Shown: positions 38,229 through 51,817, numbered from the stretch's first letter. The stretch: 64,000 bases of DNA from Octopus sinensis (GCF_006345805.1 NC_042998.1:153264001-153328000), one strand, 5' to 3'. Program-made: numbers and translations. The notes: generated by a model not told the origin, from the sequence alone.

Positions 38229-38683
38229 ATTTCTAAATGGATTCATGACTTGAAGAAATATATATTTACTGTCATTACTATGAGAATATTTTACCCATGC
38301 AAACCAAACGAGTAGCTTTAAATACTGGGTAGAAAATATAAGCCTGTTATGTTTTTATACAATTTTACATCTTTCTTTTCTGTTTTAAATTTGTCAGAAA
38401 TAATAGAACATATATATATGTATACTATACCTGAAACTACAGGCTTGAGGAGCAAACTCCTTAACTATGTCTGCCTGTGCAAGCACACAAACACAAACAC
38501 AGATATAGTGTGTGTGAGACTGTACATGTATATACATCATGAATAACGTTTGCGTTAATAGCATTTAGTTATTGAGTTACATGTTCAGTGAGAATATTTG
38601 AACTAGATTGATATCTCTTCATGCCTTTTGAATGAGAAGCAAATGTAGTTTTGTTATCTTACCGTTTTTACCAATATATATAT

Positions 38684-38714
<31 letters not shown>

Positions 38715-38715
<1 letters not shown>

Positions 38716-38915
38716 CGAGCAAAATGCCCCCCATCCAATGGATGGTGCTAGTTGTCAAACATTTAAACCAAAATCCACATCTCCTCAATGGCCAACATTC
38801 CTCTCGCAGGCACGACATCATTGCATGTGTCTTCCATCTGAAGCTTCAAAAAATGATGGATTTGCTCTGGCAAATCATTGCAATTACCACTAATGTCATC
38901 AGTCAAACTTTTTAA
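38715..38915 (+). mobile_element. possible Helitron Rep fragment
   Basis: RHDIIACVFHLKLQKMM resembles the RPDIVARVF.LKL motif of Helitron Rep. Confidence 0.45.
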
Positions 38916-39079
38916 GATAGGGAAGTGAGAGGATGTTGTCTCAGTTTTAGACGCAGCAAATGATTAAACTACGTTAAATTTACAAATTACAATTTTCTCA
39001 AGAAAGCCAAGAGAAAAAAATGTTTTATTTTGACACATTCTACCAGTATACGAAGTTTAAAATTGTTTAGTTAACTAGA

Positions 39080-39793
39080 AATTGTGTTGAAAACTGCTAT
39101 TCAAAAGGAAAAGATCCAGAAAATGCAACAAGCATTTGCATAGATTGAAAAAGGTCTTTCTATGTTTGAGGATATAGATCCAAATGCTCAACGCTTTTCC
39201 AAGATTATGGGGGCTTGTCATGAAGCTTTTGCTCCTTATAATGTCATTCTTGAGGAAAAGAAGATGACAGTTCAAGAAACTCTCAACCGGTTTTTTTAAG
39301 TGCATTGAACAACAAGAACAGCCAGAGAACAGCTGTTGATGTTGACTGTCTACAGCCATTTACATCTGTGATATAAACCACCAAATTGGATGTACGTATT
39401 GGTAAATTTAAAATAATTAAGTTTTTTTTTACTATTGCAAAATAATAATTATTGAATTTGTTTTTTAAGCTTAAAAAAGGCTTTTATTTTACCATGTCTT
39501 ATTGCAAACTGCATTCATAAATAAAGTGTCTGCAATGTACAGTAAACACCACCAAATTGTATTTGTAAATGTAGATTACATTTTTTTTTACTGTAGTGTA
39601 TTAAAAAATAAAAATTATTTGTTTGTAAGCTTAAAATAGATTTTTATTAACCATGTATTATTATTCATACATAAAGTACAGAACTGGAAATGATTATTAT
39701 TGGTTTAGCCTAGAGACAAGTTAATTCGACTTGAGTCGTTTTTTTACTTAAGCCGTGTCTCCTTGAAATAATTAACAATGTAGGGTGAGGTAT
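39080..39793 (+). mobile_element. pogo/Tigger-like transposon 3' remnant
   Basis: EDIDPNAQRFSK...YNVILEEKKMTVQETLNRFF resembles the Tigger transposase C-terminus. TIR-like end. Confidence 0.45.
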
Positions 39794-40624
39794 ATGCATT
39801 TATGTATGTATGTATATATATAGATGTACTTGCATAGCGAGTGACTTGATCTGAGATCATGTGCTGGAACGAAAACAATTGCAGCGTGGAAGGTGTTTAT
39901 AAACCATTTAAAAAACACACAAAACCGTTAGATTCACTTCAACATTTAAATTTAATTTGTCAAAATTTAATTTTCGTCGCTCTGAGACTGTGATCTGTTC
40001 ACTGATAAAGCTTCGTGCTGCATCTCATATATATATACATACATACATACATAAATGCATATATGTGTGTGTGTGTATGAATATCTGTGTGTGTGTGTAA
40101 ATACATGACAAAGCTATATATAAACACACTCTCAAATTGCATTTGTATCACAGCTATTATTCTCACTTCACCTCTCTTTACCACTTCCTCTCACTCATTG
40201 CTATTACTTTCTCTCACTCCTGCCTACTGCATGATTTTGGACAAAAAAAATATATATATATTTATATAATACAAATAAGAAAACGGAGAAACAATCTAGT
40301 TGGTTCATCAGCTTTCGGATATTAGAATGTTGACTTATTTATTTATTTAACAAAAACAAGAACCTTAATAGCGTACATATACACATTATAATTCAATACT
40401 TTTAAGATAAGAATACAATTATAAAAATCATAATATAAATTATTGAAAGCATTAAATCACTCCTTACAGCTGTTTCAGCATATAAACACACACACAAATA
40501 TATGAAAATACTACACTCATTATTATATTAGATTAGTTTAGTGTGTGTCTTTATGTTTGTGTTTGTCCCACTTCACCATCTGACAACCAGTGTTGGTTTA
40601 TTTACATCCCTTTAAGTACTCGAT

Positions 40625-40675
<51 letters not shown>

Positions 40676-41281
40676 TTATGAAAATAAACAGCAGAAAACT
40701 CCTCACAGAATGGGTTTTCTGCTGCTCTAGATAATGTAAAATGTAGGTGTGTATTACTGGGTCACAGCTATTGAATATTATCCCTCTAACACCTAGATAC
40801 TCTTCATATCATAGTGCTGAATATAATATTTGAACTCATGATTTTTGTAGTCCAGTAATATAACCACTCTACAGAGTGCATTTTATATCAAATAAGATGA
40901 CATGTAAACACCAACTACAGGAGCTAAAACAGCATCTAACTTGTAAACAGTATCTGCAGGAGCTGAAAAAAGATGAGTCCATTGTCTTATTAAAAAAGAT
41001 TGTGTCTTTACTGTGGTGCATGCTGAAAACCTCCTGTTACTTTGTTGACATAGAACTACAGTAAAAGTATATCAAAGAAAAATTTTAAATTAGTAATTAT
41101 TCTGAGTCTCTTAATCAAGAAGCTGTATTGCCTCTTGATCAAGTGTCATCAAGAGGCCTACTTAAATCTTTATGAAAAGGGGCATTGTGCTGATATGTTT
41201 ATTCGGTTAGAAACTTACTTTTAAAAGAAACCTGATAATTTTCATACAATTTCAATTTATGTTTTTTTTCTTCATTTACAG

Positions 41282-41308
41282 GTTTCTGATGAAGACATGA
41301 ACCTCTGA
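41282..41308 (+). CDS. MAP3K4: MAP3K4-like terminal coding exon (VSDEDMNL*)
   Basis: Strong polypyrimidine tract plus tttacag. In frame after the GC donor. Resembles the vertebrate MEKK4 C-terminus VCTDEE*. Confidence 0.78.
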   Translation, partial: VSDEDMNL

Positions 41309-41721
41309 GCGCATTACTACTAAAACCTTTTTGAGAGACAGTGGATATGAGAAAAAGTAACAGATCCTTGATAATAATTTTTATGATTGATAGGAAAGAC
41401 AAATGAAAATTGGGAGAGAATCATGTTTTTGTAATGTCCATTTAGTGACATCTAAATTAAAACTTGTTCCAATTACTTCTTATATTTAAAAATTTCTTAG
41501 GAATTTTTAGATAATATTTGGAATCTGCTCCACAGTGATATGTTGGTTAAATGCAACATGTATTTGGCATATGTCTTCATGGAAAAAATGCTTTTCAAAA
41601 TATTCCTTTTCATTTCAAAACATGACTAAGATACTACTCTGTTTTAGAGAAATGTAATATAAATTAACTTTCTTCTTTTCTTTTTTTTTTTTTTTTGATG
41701 GGGTGAGAAATTTATTATTAT

Positions 41722-41727
41722 AATAAA
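41722..41727 (+). promoter_or_regulatory. candidate polyadenylation signal of the kinase gene
   Basis: AATAAA about 410 nt after the stop in an AU-rich putative 3' UTR, before repeats resume. Confidence 0.35.
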
Positions 41728-42079
41728 TTTAAATATATAAAATGAAAAAAAATTACCACCACATTTCTTTTCTAGTGAACTAACTTATGATCCTAAGAGA
41801 GATGACCTGGACAAATGAATCAGAATTGTCAAAAAAACAAAGAAAGGACTTTGTAATTGAATCTTTACCAGAATCTAAAAATATAGGCAAATACACAGGC
41901 ATACAGTTCTAAATGATTTTAGGTTTACTATTTATATATAGGTGCAGGTAAGAAGCTTGCTTCTCAACCACATGGTTATGAGTTCAGTCCCATTGCATGG
42001 CACTTTGGACAAGTGTTTTCTGTTGTCTCAGGCCAACAAAAGCCTTGTGAGTGTATTTGGCAGACAGAAACTGAAAGCC

Positions 42080-42770
42080 CATGCCAAAACAGATAACAGA
42101 ACATGGCATAGCCTTCTGGCTTGCCAGCTCTTGTCAAAGCATCCGCCCCATGCAAGTATGGAAAACAGTTGTTAAATGTTGTTGTTGTTGATGATGATAA
42201 TGATCAACTTTATCTGAGTATGCTAATGTCCTATCTGATCATTTTAATTATTGGTAACTTCCTCTTTCCCACACGTATTCCATACAATGGCTCCAATAAA
42301 TACAAGGAATAAAATGGATAAGGAGAATCATACATTAAAGTCATAGATAATGGTCTCACAGTATTGGGTGATAATTACCTAAGTACAGTATGGGCAGGTA
42401 ATATGTACATATAATTTCATAAAGATATAGGATTATAACCATGTTAAAATGGTTAGCCAACATACAATGGAAAATATAGGAATCCAAGGTATTCATCTTA
42501 TAGATCAGGCTTGCTTGGCACAATTAGAAGTAGCACAACAGTAGCTAAGCAAATAATGAACAATAAAGGTGAGGTTTGTGGGAAGGAGGAAGTTACCAAT
42601 AATTAAAATGATCAGATAGGACATTAGCATACTCAGATAGAGTTGATCATTATCATCATCAACAACAACAACATTTAACAACTGTTTTTCATACTTGCAT
42701 GTGGCGGATGCTTTGACAAGAGCTGGCAAACCAGAAGGCTATGCCATGTTCTGTTATCTGTTTTGGCATG
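42080..42770. repeat. ~194-bp inverted duplication
   Basis: 42080-42273 is the reverse complement of 42577-42770 with few mismatches. Confidence 0.92.
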
Positions 42771-43320
42771 TTTTCTATGGCTAGATGCCCTCCCTAGCGC
42801 TAACCACTTCACAGAGTGTACTGGGTACATTTTTCATGGTACCAGTACCAGTAGGATCAGCAAGTAACTTGCAAAATAAGACAAAGGTCCCTTGACTAGA
42901 GGGAGTAGTTGATGAGAGGTTAAAAGAATAATAGGTGTCTTGCTGTAGAAGCAATACAAGGCTATTCTAGCTGGAGAAAGCAGAAGGAGACTTGGAGAGA
43001 AAGGTAGAGATAAAGAGAGTGAAAGAGATGGTGGCTGATATGTGTCTGGACAAACCCTCAAGTTGCAGTGGGGAAGAATAATAGGTGAAGAGATACAAAG
43101 GATTGGACTGGTTAAGGTGATAGAAGGGAAAATTTCATAAGAATGTAAGGAGAGATGGCAAGATGGGCTATAGGTGTCTGTAGTAATTGAAGGTGAGGAG
43201 TGTAGGAGAGTTTCAGGGGAAGAGGGTTATGTTAGATATGTGTGGGCATTGGGAGAGATAAGGGATGAAAGAGGTGTAAGGATGGATGGAGTATAGTAGA
43301 GAAAAGAGAGCATCGCTAGA
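42640..43320 (-). mobile_element. old RTE-like 3' end
   Basis: Tail, gatgccctccctagcgctaaccac motif, purine-rich region. Confidence 0.6.
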
Positions 43321-43339
43321 GAAAGATAACACATTTGGG

Positions 43340-45050
43340 AATTTTTTTTTTATATTCTTATGTGATCTTACATATTCTTGGGTTGCTGATTTTAAATATC
43401 AAAATCATCACATAAGGATTTTCAATAAAATATAAATTAATGATAATAAAAGATGTGAATTTTTAGTAAATCGTTTCTTTATTAAAATGAAGCAAGTAAT
43501 CATGGAAAAGTATATTCTGTTAGTTTTAAGTATATATGTATTCCAAATCAACATGAAATGAATCTTGAATCATCAACATCAAATCAAAGGAATGTAAAAA
43601 AAATATGTTCCTAATGGTTAGCCTATATATTGATCCAAAGGAAGGAGGACCTCTTTGAATTCTGCTTGTGCTGTGCATCCGGACCATCATCTTTCAATGA
43701 GCAGCAGTAATTTGCCATCATACTGACATTCAATTTGCCCTGATATCAGGCTTCCACTCCCCTTGTTCCTCACTGTAGTTACCACAATTCTTGAGAAAAT
43801 AGTCAAGATGTGGTGCAAAAAGTGCAAATTGACACTCATTCTAGACCCAAGTTGTTGGAAATTTCAAATCAGTTCTTGGATCATTTTTCATATTTTGGGA
43901 AGCAGCTGTTTTCCAGGAAGTTTAAAACAATCTGCTTGGAGAAAATCAGGCATTCACCTTGACATCTGCTAGTGCTTCCTCAAAATGCTTTGAATCCAGG
44001 TGCTTGAAAGCAGCTCTATTCTTGTTCAGGTCCTTCACAAAATTTTTCATAAGTCCTAATTTGATGTGGAGGGGTGACAGCAGAATTTTCATGGAGTCAG
44101 CTAGTGGTACAGCTATCATGTTGTGATTTCCAGGTAAGAAGCTGGTCCTTGGTGGCCAGTTTATAGTGCTGACTGTCTGCCCTACTACCCCAAAAACAAA
44201 AGAATCAGAAATACTTGGTGTATCCCCCTTGAAGCAATGACTTTTAAATCACTAAAAATGGGAAAATGTGATTATGTTACTTGATGGCAGTTATTAGTGC
44301 CTTTATATTTTCATAGGTTTCTAGCATTTGGACACTATGACCAATTGGTTCAGTTGCAGCTGTGTTGCCATTGTAGAGAAGACCACCCTTTGAACTTCTG
44401 TTAGAACCAAAGAAGAGCCTTCATTCATCTGCCTTGTATGATATCCCAATGTGTTCAATAGGGCCTGAAATAGTTGAACAGAAAAATAAAGAATCCAATT
44501 TCTCAAAGAACTGAGTGAATTTTACTTCACAATGATGGTACCAAGTAAATGTTGTTCCACAAGACTGTCTTCCTTCAGTCTAGAGCCAAGTGCACTTTCA
44601 TTTGGAAGGTTGTCTCTCATTAACTCAATGAGCTCAACTTGGTTGAAGAGTTCGGGATTGTCATTTCTTGGTGGTTCATAGTCTACCTCCATCACATTAG
44701 TATTACTAGTATCAGTCTCTGATGAAATCACCAATGTCTCAGGTGGTACAGGTACAGGAATATCATCTGAGTGTGGGGCAGGCCTTATTGCAATCCTTGG
44801 TCTTCTTGTTGAATGCAGCTACTTTAGTCATACAGAAGTAGTAGTCATGGTGGTTCATCTGCTCCTGCCATATTGGTACTCCAAAGGGCATACATTTCAG
44901 TTTTCCAACTGACCATATTTTGAGCTTACTAATGAAACTCTTGCTAGCTTTGTGAGGTGCAGATGGATTGTCCTGGTCTTCCAGTTTGCAACCAAAATAA
45001 GCTAAATGGCAGCTCTTCAAGAAAAGATTAATATTACTCCAGGTATCTGA
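43340..45050 (-). mobile_element. decayed DNA-transposon transposase, probably Chapaev3 (CMC) type
   Basis: AYFGCKLEDQDNPSAPHK..FGVPIW.E..NHHDYYFC, LLSPLHIKLGLMKNFVK, YSEEQGE, MMANYC. Family assignment is from memory of these motifs. Confidence 0.7.
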
Positions 45051-45622
45051 AAGGAGCCTCTAGACAAAGAAAAATATATTCGATTTAATATTTAAGTCAA
45101 TATAGAATAAGTATTTTTATTGAAGATATACTTTATCATTTACAAAAAGAGAAAAGTAATGTTTCTGGACAACTTGAGAACTTGATGTGTTGGAGATCAA
45201 TAAAAAACACCACGAATCACCACTTATCATATATATTTCAAAAAAGATACCATACAGACAATAAAAAGAATCTTGCAGACCAGTGTAATCAGGAATGGAA
45301 GTGGTTTTAGGATGGGGGAGCAATTAAGATTATTACAATTTTAGAAGAGTAGTATTTACAGTATATGTGGAATTGATTGCAAGTTTCAAAGAAAGAGTGA
45401 AAGAATAATAAATTTATGACAAAAGAATAAAAGCTTTGAGTCCTAAATTCTTCTTAGTACACCAACATCCACAATACATTAGTTATTTGGAATGTGCAGG
45501 TAAGACATGCTTTATTTCATACAACCAATTGTCTCATCACCATAAGCAAATTTTATTGAACTGTTGTCTTTGTAACTAAAAATTTCATACTTTTATAAAG
45601 TAATCTGAACAAAATTTACAAT

Positions 45623-46851
45623 AGGCGCAGGAGTGGCTTTGTGGTAAGTAGCTTGCTTACCAGCCACATGGTTCTGGGTTCAGTCCCACTGCATGGCACC
45701 TTGGGCAAGTGCCTTCTACTATAGCCTTGGGCCAACGAAAGCCTTGTAAGTGGATTTGGTAGACGGAAACTGAAAGAAGCCCGTCGTATGTATATATATA
45801 TACAAACTTCTGCCACATTCCAGGGAGAAAAACTAGAAATAGTTGATAGCTTCCGTTACCTAGGTGACCAAGTCAGTAGCGGGGGCGGGTGTGCTGGAAG
45901 TTTAACTGCTAGAGTAAGAATAGCTTGGGCAAAGTTCAGAGAGCTCTTACCTCTGCTGGTGACAAAAGGCCTCTCGCTCAGAGTAAAAGGCAGACTGTAT
46001 GATGCGTGTATACGAACAGCCATGCTACATGGCAGTGAAACATGGGCCGTGACTGCTGAGGATATGCGTAAGCTCACAAGAAATGAAGCCAGTATGCTCC
46101 GATGGATGTGTAATGTCAGTGTTCATACTTGAGAGAAAAGTTGGACCTAAGAAGCATCAGTTGTGGTGTGCAAGAGAGACGTTTGCGCTGGTATGGTCAT
46201 GTGGCGAGAATGGATGAAGATAGTTGTGTGAAAAAGTGCCACACCCTAGCGGTTGAGGGAACCTGTGGAAGAGGCAGACCCAGGAAAACCTGGGACGAGG
46301 TGGTGAAGCATGACCTTCGAACACTGAAGAAATGACTAGAGACCGAGACTTTTGGAAGTATGCTGTGCTTGAGAAGACCCGGCAGGACAAGTGAGACCAT
46401 AACCCGTGGCCAATCCACTTATGCATACCTTTCCTTCTTGGGACACAAAACTCTGCTTGTGAAGACCTGTTGAGGCAAGTGAGAATCAAAATCGATCAAC
46501 ATCAATAGAAATTGCAGGTGCGATACCAGTGCCGGTGGCACATAAGAGAACCATCCGAATGTGGCTGTTGCCAGCGCCACCCCAACTGGCCTCGTGCCGG
46601 TGGCACATAAAATGCACCATCCGATCGTGGCTGTTTGCCAGCCTCGTCTGGCCCCTGTGCGGGTGGCACGTAAAAAGCACCCACTACACTCACGGAGTGG
46701 TTGGTGTTAGGAAGGGCATCCAGCCATAGAAACATTGCCAGATCAGACTGGGCCTGGTGCAGCCTTCTGGCTTCCCAGACCCCAGTTGAACCGTCCAACC
46801 CATGCTAGCATGGAAAGTGGATGCTAAATGATGATGATGATGATGATGATG

Positions 46852-46889
<38 letters not shown>

Positions 46890-47100
46890 ATGTTTGTGTG
46901 TCTGTTTGTCTCAATCACCATTGCTTGACAACTGATGGTGGCGTGTCTAGGTCCCCATAACTTAGAGGTTTGGCAAAAGAGACTGATAGAATAAGTACTA
47001 GGCTTACAAAGACTAAGTCCTGGAGTCAATTTGTTTGACTAAAGGCGGTGCTCCAGCATAGCTGTAGTCAAATGACTGAAACAAATAAAACAATAAAAGA
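45623..47100 (+). mobile_element. SINE split by an RTE-like LINE insertion (LINE 45804-46853)
   Basis: SINE head 45623-45790 and SINE tail ~46880-47100 flank a 5'-truncated LINE sitting in the SINE's central (TA)n. Confidence 0.9.
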
Positions 47101-47699
47101 ATGAAATACAGCCATGGAAATCTTGGGCGTAAGAAATTATTGTAACACTGAATTTCTTTCCCAAATATGGTTGATAAGAAGAGGAAGAATAGCAGCAGTA
47201 GCAACAACAGCAGCATCACCATGCACACCGACAGAAGAATTAAGGAGGGAGCAGAGGAGAACACTAACACCACTACTACCATTGTCGTCATGAGGACCAA
47301 CTAGAGTAACAAAAATAAGCAGGAAAGTGAAGAGAAAGAAAAAAGAATTCTTTCATGTGAAATACCAGCAGATTTCACTACCACTGCCACCAACATATCA
47401 AACAAAGAAAGAGAAAAGATTATTAAAGCAACAATGGTCATTTTCTTCTCAGCAAACATAAAGTGGATTTGCCAAAATGTGCCACAGAACAGAAGAGATG
47501 TCAGAAAATGCCTTGGCTAGAGCAAAAATGCATGTAACAAGAATGGCAGGACAGTACACTTGAACACACCAGAGAAGGTGCAGAAAGAGATATGGCAGAG
47601 GACAATAATATACATGCAAGATATAATATACATTCAATAATATACATGAAAATGCAAGATAAAAAGTGCCACACAGGCTTAGGTTGAAAAATGCTTGAG

Positions 47700-48200
47700 A
47701 CCTGTATGGAACATAAAATGGTATATTGTACATGGTAAAGCCTTGGCACAGTAGCGGTGAGGTTTTCAACCGAACAACTGGCCAAGAAAATGCCATGACA
47801 ACTCTGAAGACCAAGGAATTACATATGATTCTCAAGTACCTCAGTCAAAGAGTTTTTAGAGTGAAGGTAGCAGAGGTGACACCAGAAGTGGACATCTCCT
47901 TATTAGCAGTGTTATATACAGCATAGAGGGGAAATGTAAAATTAGTGAAACACAAAAAGGAAAATTGGTGTAGTGCTGGGATAGAAATCTTATGGCATGC
48001 AGATTTCACAACTGCGCAAGAGATTCCAGATCTCAACAAGCTCCCTGGAGGTTCAAAGTTATTTGTAGCAGTAGAGAGCAAAAGGCCCAGATACCACATT
48101 TGTGGTCAAACAAACCACTTAAAGACTTTCTGCCCTAGACAAATAAAATTGTACTGCTGCAGACACGTCCAGCACCACAGAACAGCAACAACAACAGTAC
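47700..48200 (+). mobile_element. Tx1/L1-like ORF1 remnant
   Basis: LFVAVESKRPRYHICGQTNHLKTFCP is a degenerate CCHC zinc knuckle. Confidence 0.6.
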
Positions 48201-48482
48201 CAGCAGAGGCAGGTGGCCCCTGGAACAACAAAAACAATAGCAACAACATCAATCACAGTAGCACTGACAGCAGCAGCAGCAACATCAACAATAACAACAG
48301 CAGAATAACTACAGCAAACAAAACAAAAGCACTCAGAGAACACAAACCACCTCCAAGATAATACCAACATCCTCTCAACGATTAGCCACAGAGGATTTTT
48401 AAAATGAGAATATCTGAAATGAACTCAACTGCTCTCACAAACAACAATACTAAAAATGAACCTGACCACTCTCAAAAATTAA

Positions 48483-48690
48483 GTAAAAAAAAAAAAAGTA
48501 ATCCAGAATCTTTGTCTGATACCAGATCGATCCCAAAATCTAATCAGTCCATGCCAATTGCAAGGCCAAACCTCCCTGAAAGTTTCATCAGAATCTATCC
48601 AGCAGTTCTTGAGATATCTTGTCCACAGACAAACAAACAAACAAACATGAATGAAAACTACCTCTGCCTTAGTGAAGGCAGAGGTAATAA
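48483..48690 (-). mobile_element. HINE/DINE-like (Helentron-associated) short element
   Basis: Terminal palindrome acctctgcctt-agtg-aaggcagaggt, (GTTT)n, aactgctggatagattctgatgaaactt. Confidence 0.65.
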
Positions 48691-49269
48691 ATAAGTCAAC
48701 ATTTATGCTTTGCACACACAAAACAGCAACAAAAGCAACATCATCAGTATCCCTCAAACCTACAACAACCTTACCAACAAAGCACAACCAAAAAGCCCAA
48801 GATTTGCCTCAACCCTACCCCTGAACACTCAGGAGGAAAGGCCTAAATGGCAATTAGTCACCAGATTTAATTGAGAAAAAGGAACAAAAATTCACCAACT
48901 AAAACACAAAAGACAGGTATGATGACAATGAGAAGACACAACAAAACAAATACACAGCAACCACTATAGGCACCCTCAACAACTACAACACCCCATCAGC
49001 ACTGTCTCCACCACCTCAAGCACAACCTAGTTCACACACAACCCAACACCAGCAACACACAATCATTAACTACTCAGTAATAAACAAAAATAATACAGAA
49101 TTAATGGCACACATATACGACCATTCAAACATCACAAAAACCAATTTCATCACACCATCAAACATCACACCACCACACATAAAATTCCTGCTAACATCAC
49201 AAAACACATGCAACAAAATAAAAACAAAATACCCTGAAGGAGTTAGGGCCTTCAGGAAAGATATCAACA

Positions 49270-49900
49270 AAAGACAATGTTCCTGGGGAGACCCTGGGTG
49301 TCAACAAGAATGAGTTGGCTGGTCTGTTCCAGAGAACTTTCAGGCAGGTCCTATGGATAATTTCCAGAAATCCTTGGCCTGACAGTGCTACCGGGTGGGC
49401 ATTGACTGCTTGAGATAAACTCTACAAGCAAGGAAGTGCAGTCAGTCAGGCTTGCAGAGTGACAAAAGCTTTCTGCATGCTCTCGTCCAGTGCCTGAGTA
49501 TTTCTAACTTGTGGGTTTATGTCAAAGACCTGCTGTTGCATGTAGGACAAATCCAGCTATCGGCTGAGTCTATTGTGAGGATAGTCCTGTCGCTTTCCTT
49601 TGGATAGTGAGGGTGGAGAAGGAAGTTCTCCCAGCAATTTTGTTAAAAGGTGGGTGAATGTTGCAAGAATGACCTAAGTGAATGGGCTCAGTCTAAGCAT
49701 ACACCTGTAGACAAAGTGGAAAGGGCACTTACACTGATAGTCAGAACTGTTGTGGAATTTTGGGGTTTTCATGAGCAGTTTTAAGAGGTCTCCCTCTTTT
49801 GAAGAATCTTGTTATACTCAATTGTTGTTTTTGTTTTTCATGTAACCCCACATTATATTTCTCCTAATGCCTTTTATATGTAAATCCTTAGTGTTTAAGA
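49270..49900 (+). mobile_element. possible Tx1/L1-like ORF2 3' remnant
   Basis: GC-richer decayed coding-like stretch (ccagaaatccttggcctgacagtgc; catgctctcgtccagtgc) downstream of the ORF1-like piece. Confidence 0.4.
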
Positions 49901-49904
49901 AAGA

Positions 49905-51817
49905 AATCATTATCATTATTATTATTATTTATGGTTCCCTTTCATTATAACTTTATTTCAGGTGCCTTGGTACCGGGCATCCTCAGGAGGCCAAGAGTAG
50001 CAAGGGCACTTTTGATTTGCTGAGCATAATAAATTATCACCACATTTATTCCATTTTAGATGGAAAGTGCTTTCTATAGTATATGGACTGTACTCATCAA
50101 GGTTATCTTTTATAGTTTATGGAGATTGGAGTTACCAGGGAGTTGCTTAATATACTTCTCATCTCACTTCTTTATCATTCCCAACACACCAATTACTACT
50201 GGTATTATCATAGTACTAAGCTTCAACATTTTTGTGATTTCAATTTGCAGATCTTTATAGTGAGAAAGTGTTACGTAATCCTTTCTTGAAACATTTTGAT
50301 CTTGTGAGGCAGATACATCTATTAACAGACAAGTTCCTCTGTTGTAGTCCTTGATCACAATATCTGGTCAATTTGAGTCAATGTTTTTTGTCTGTTTGTA
50401 TTGGGAATTTCCAAAGGATGGTGACGCCCTCACCATTTACTACATCCTCTGGATGGTGCCAGTACCACTTATAATGGGATTTAATTTTGTAATATTTACA
50501 AGCATTCCAGTGGATATACTGCCCTAGCCTGTCATGTCTTATGAGGTACTCCTTTTCAGCCAGAAACAACATGATCAATTGTCTCTGTGAATTTTCTGCA
50601 TGAGGTGTCAGATCTATCTTTAAGGACGTTTGCATGGTAGTTCCTTGTAGGTAAGCTCTGATCTTGCACAGCAATAACAAAACCTTCTGTCTCCCCTTTC
50701 AGACCTGTCCTTTGTAGTCATTGGTGTGTTAATTTTTATCAATATCTGGCTTGGACAGGTGGTTGAAGTATTTTCCATGCAGGAGTTTACCTTTCCAGTT
50801 GTCTTTGGTATTATTTGTGCAAGCCTTCTTTGCTTTTTGTTTGATGTTTTTTTTGCATCAGTGATAGGTTTGCCATTATTTGGATCTCTTTGGTCTTTCT
50901 GATTGTTAATTTCTAAATCAGGAGAAGCAATGGTAGTTCTGTCAATATTTGTGTGTCTTTGGTTTTTCTTATTGTTAACTTGTAGGCCAAGGGACTTTTT
51001 AAATTTCTGACTAAGCTTCATGACTGAAGCTTGCTTGGAATCTTCATGCTCTGATATAGGTATGGAATTCAGACTTGATAAATATGCAAAGGCTTATGAG
51101 GTGCAGTTTGTAAGAGACCATCACTTGTTGTATTAAGGTACGTTTCAAGGCCTATTATTGCTGATTTGAAGGATTGTTCAAGCTGTATCAGGCCTCTTCC
51201 ACTTATATTACTTGGGGGATAAATCCTGTCTACATCTGATTTTGGATGGTGCATTCAGTACCTTGCAAAAGATTTTATGGATCTTTCCATCCATATTCTG
51301 CATGTCACTGAGACTCCACTAAATGATACTGAAGCTATATGTGGTTACTGGTATGGCCAAAGAATTGATTGCATTAATTCTGTTAGCAGCATTTAATTCT
51401 GAGTTTAAAACCATTCTTACCCTTCAGTAACATTCCTTGCAGATTTTCTCTTTCATTTTAGAGTGCTGGATACTATCAGCTTCGTTGGTTCCCAGATATT
51501 TGTATACTTCGGATGGGTCTAGGTTTCGAATAACTGTGGTAGTATCAAGTTCTATGTTTTCTGCCTTTATGAACTTCCCTGCCTTGAAAGTAGCCTTTGC
51601 ATATTTATCAAGTCTGAATTCCATACCTATATCAGAGCTGAATTCTTTGACAATACTCAGGAGCTCTTCTAATTCTTTATCATTTTTGGCAAACAGTTTT
51701 AGATCATCTAATTTTCTGGTCAAAGATCTTATACTCTCTCTTAGCATTATTCACTTGCATGGATAAAGGAAACAGAGTGAGGCAGAATAGTAATGCTGAT
51801 AATGAGTCACCTTGAAA
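49905..51817 (-). mobile_element. R4/Dong-like non-LTR retrotransposon (RT plus restriction-like endonuclease), 5'-truncated
   Basis: FQGDS, DDLKLFA, GMEFRLDK, YKYLG, GRGL, RHD, PDIVI..D..CLLIDV, IIPVVIGVLG. (TAA)n tail at ~49905-49930. Confidence 0.88.

Noticed and set aside
40295-40480. CTGATGA and GAAACAGCTGTA half-motifs on the minus strand
   Set aside because: They are ~150 nt apart, in the wrong order for a type I fold, and have no supporting stems.
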